Below are positions 63,217 to 64,000 of a DNA stretch of 64,000 nucleotides, in pieces. Below the pieces are notes generated by a model. It was not told where the DNA came from. It saw nothing but the letters and a program-made list of their open reading frames with translations, and did no database searches. Positions within the stretch are counted from its first letter, which is position 1. Each line of letters begins with the position of its first letter. A program made the position numbers and the translations under genes. This DNA is from Acidimicrobiales bacterium (GTDB taxonomy: Bacteria > Actinomycetota > Acidimicrobiia > Acidimicrobiales > VFJN01): assembly GCA_035296625.1 (NCBI GenBank), contig DATHAO010000055.1:8410-72409 (forward strand). Reading direction: 5' to 3'.

Positions 63217-64000
63217 CAGATGCGCTCCCCGTGGTCGAGGCACCAGCGGATGCTGGCCCGCATGCCCTCCCGCAGCCCCACGGTCGGCTCGTAGCCCAGC
63301 TCGTCGCGGGCGCGGGAGATGTCGCAGGCGATCGTGTGGTTGAGCTCGCCCAGCACGTGCAGTGCCTGCAGGTAGCGGCCCCGGCTCTGCAGCAGGGCGT
63401 CGGCCCGCTCCGCCATCCGGGCGGCCACGCGGGGGATGCGGGGCTTGGGACCGGACACGGTCAGGCCCTCGTCCTCGAGCGCCAGGCGGACCGTATCGAG
63501 GATCTCGCGCAGCTCGTACGGCTCGGCGTCGGCCACCCAGTACGCGTTGCCGGGCGCCTTCTCCGACACCTCGGCCCTGAGGAGGCCCTGCACCAGGTTG
63601 TCCGTGTAGGCCATGGAGCGGCGCTGGGTGCCGTCGCCCACCAGCGGGAACCGGCCCTTGCGGATGGCCGAGAAGAACTGGCTCTGGCGGGGCGGCTGGT
63701 AGGGACCGTAGAACCACGGCGCCCGCACCATGACCGTTGGGATGTCGCCGCGCTCGTGGGTCTTGCGGACCAGCTGCTCGGCCTCGAGCTTGGACTGCCC
63801 GTAACCCATGTACGGGTCGTAAGGCGAGTCCTCGGTGAACACGTGGTCGGGCGACGGGTTCACGCCGAACGGCGAGTTCGACGACACGTGCACGAAGCGC
63901 GTGGCGCCGGACCGGCGGGCCCGGTCGATGACCATCTGCGTGCCGCCGACGTTGACGTCGAAGAACTCCCGCGTCGACGTGCGCGGGTGGATCACGGCGG
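63216..64000 (-). CDS. NAD-dependent epimerase/dehydratase (extended SDR), 5'-partial at the window edge
   Basis: FVHVSSNSPFG and catalytic YGQSKLEAE. The reading frame is still open at position 64000, so the N-terminal Rossmann motif lies outside the window. Confidence 0.8.
   Translation of the reverse strand, partial: AVIHPRTSTREFFDVNVGGTQMVIDRARRSGATRFVHVSSNSPFGVNPSPDHVFTEDSPYDPYMGYGQSKLEAEQLVRKTHERGDIPTVMVRAPWFYGPYQPPRQSQFFSAIRKGRFPLVGDGTQRRSMAYTDNLVQGLLRAEVSEKAPGNAYWVADAEPYELREILDTVRLALEDEGLTVSGPKPRIPRVAARMAERADALLQSRGRYLQALHVLGELNHTIACDISRARDELGYEPTVGLREGMRASIRWCLDHGERI

Overview
The window looks like a high-GC (about 70% or more by eye) actinobacterial chromosomal segment. It is densely coding on both strands, and many gene pairs overlap by 1-4 nt (ATGA or GTGA junctions). 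I support 49 protein-coding genes and one small RNA, a 6C-family sRNA at about 46.16-46.29 kb. I saw no rRNA, tRNA, CRISPR array, transposase or integrase. Most of the content is housekeeping or metabolic:
- GH3 beta-glucosidase
- acetoacetyl-CoA synthetase and aldehyde dehydrogenase
- PatA-like GNAT/acyl-CoA-synthetase
- acyl-CoA dehydrogenase
- gltB
- LysR, TetR and GntR regulators
- an OmpR/HisKA pair divergent from an HtrA protease

Observations worth a second look:
1. A HelD/UvrD-like helicase ORF continues in frame into a roughly 1,300-aa Pro/Ala/Ser/Gly/Asp-rich tail that carries several near-identical DNA-level tandem repeats (7.3-13.3 kb).
2. A translationally coupled four-gene operon holds two SDR epimerases and two paralogous, uncharacterised polytopic membrane proteins of about 660 aa (58.2-64.0 kb).
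3. A membrane-anchored Ser/Thr-kinase-like protein has all of its catalytic motifs degenerated, so it reads as a pseudokinase (50.7-53.5 kb).
4. An accessory-looking patch with AT-richer gaps (16-20 kb) holds a WhiJ/BldB-type XRE-DUF397 pair, a coupled set of small unknown ORFs and a probable MFS remnant.
5. A DUF2330-cupredoxin gene pair is joined by a GTGA overlap.
6. A P-II gene sits without its usual neighbours.

Function calls come from motifs I recognised by eye in the supplied translations. Starts were refined by manual inspection of start codons, Shine-Dalgarno-like sequences and third-position GC. No similarity search or folding program was run. Many long ORFs in the track are alternative-frame artefacts of the GC content and were rejected.
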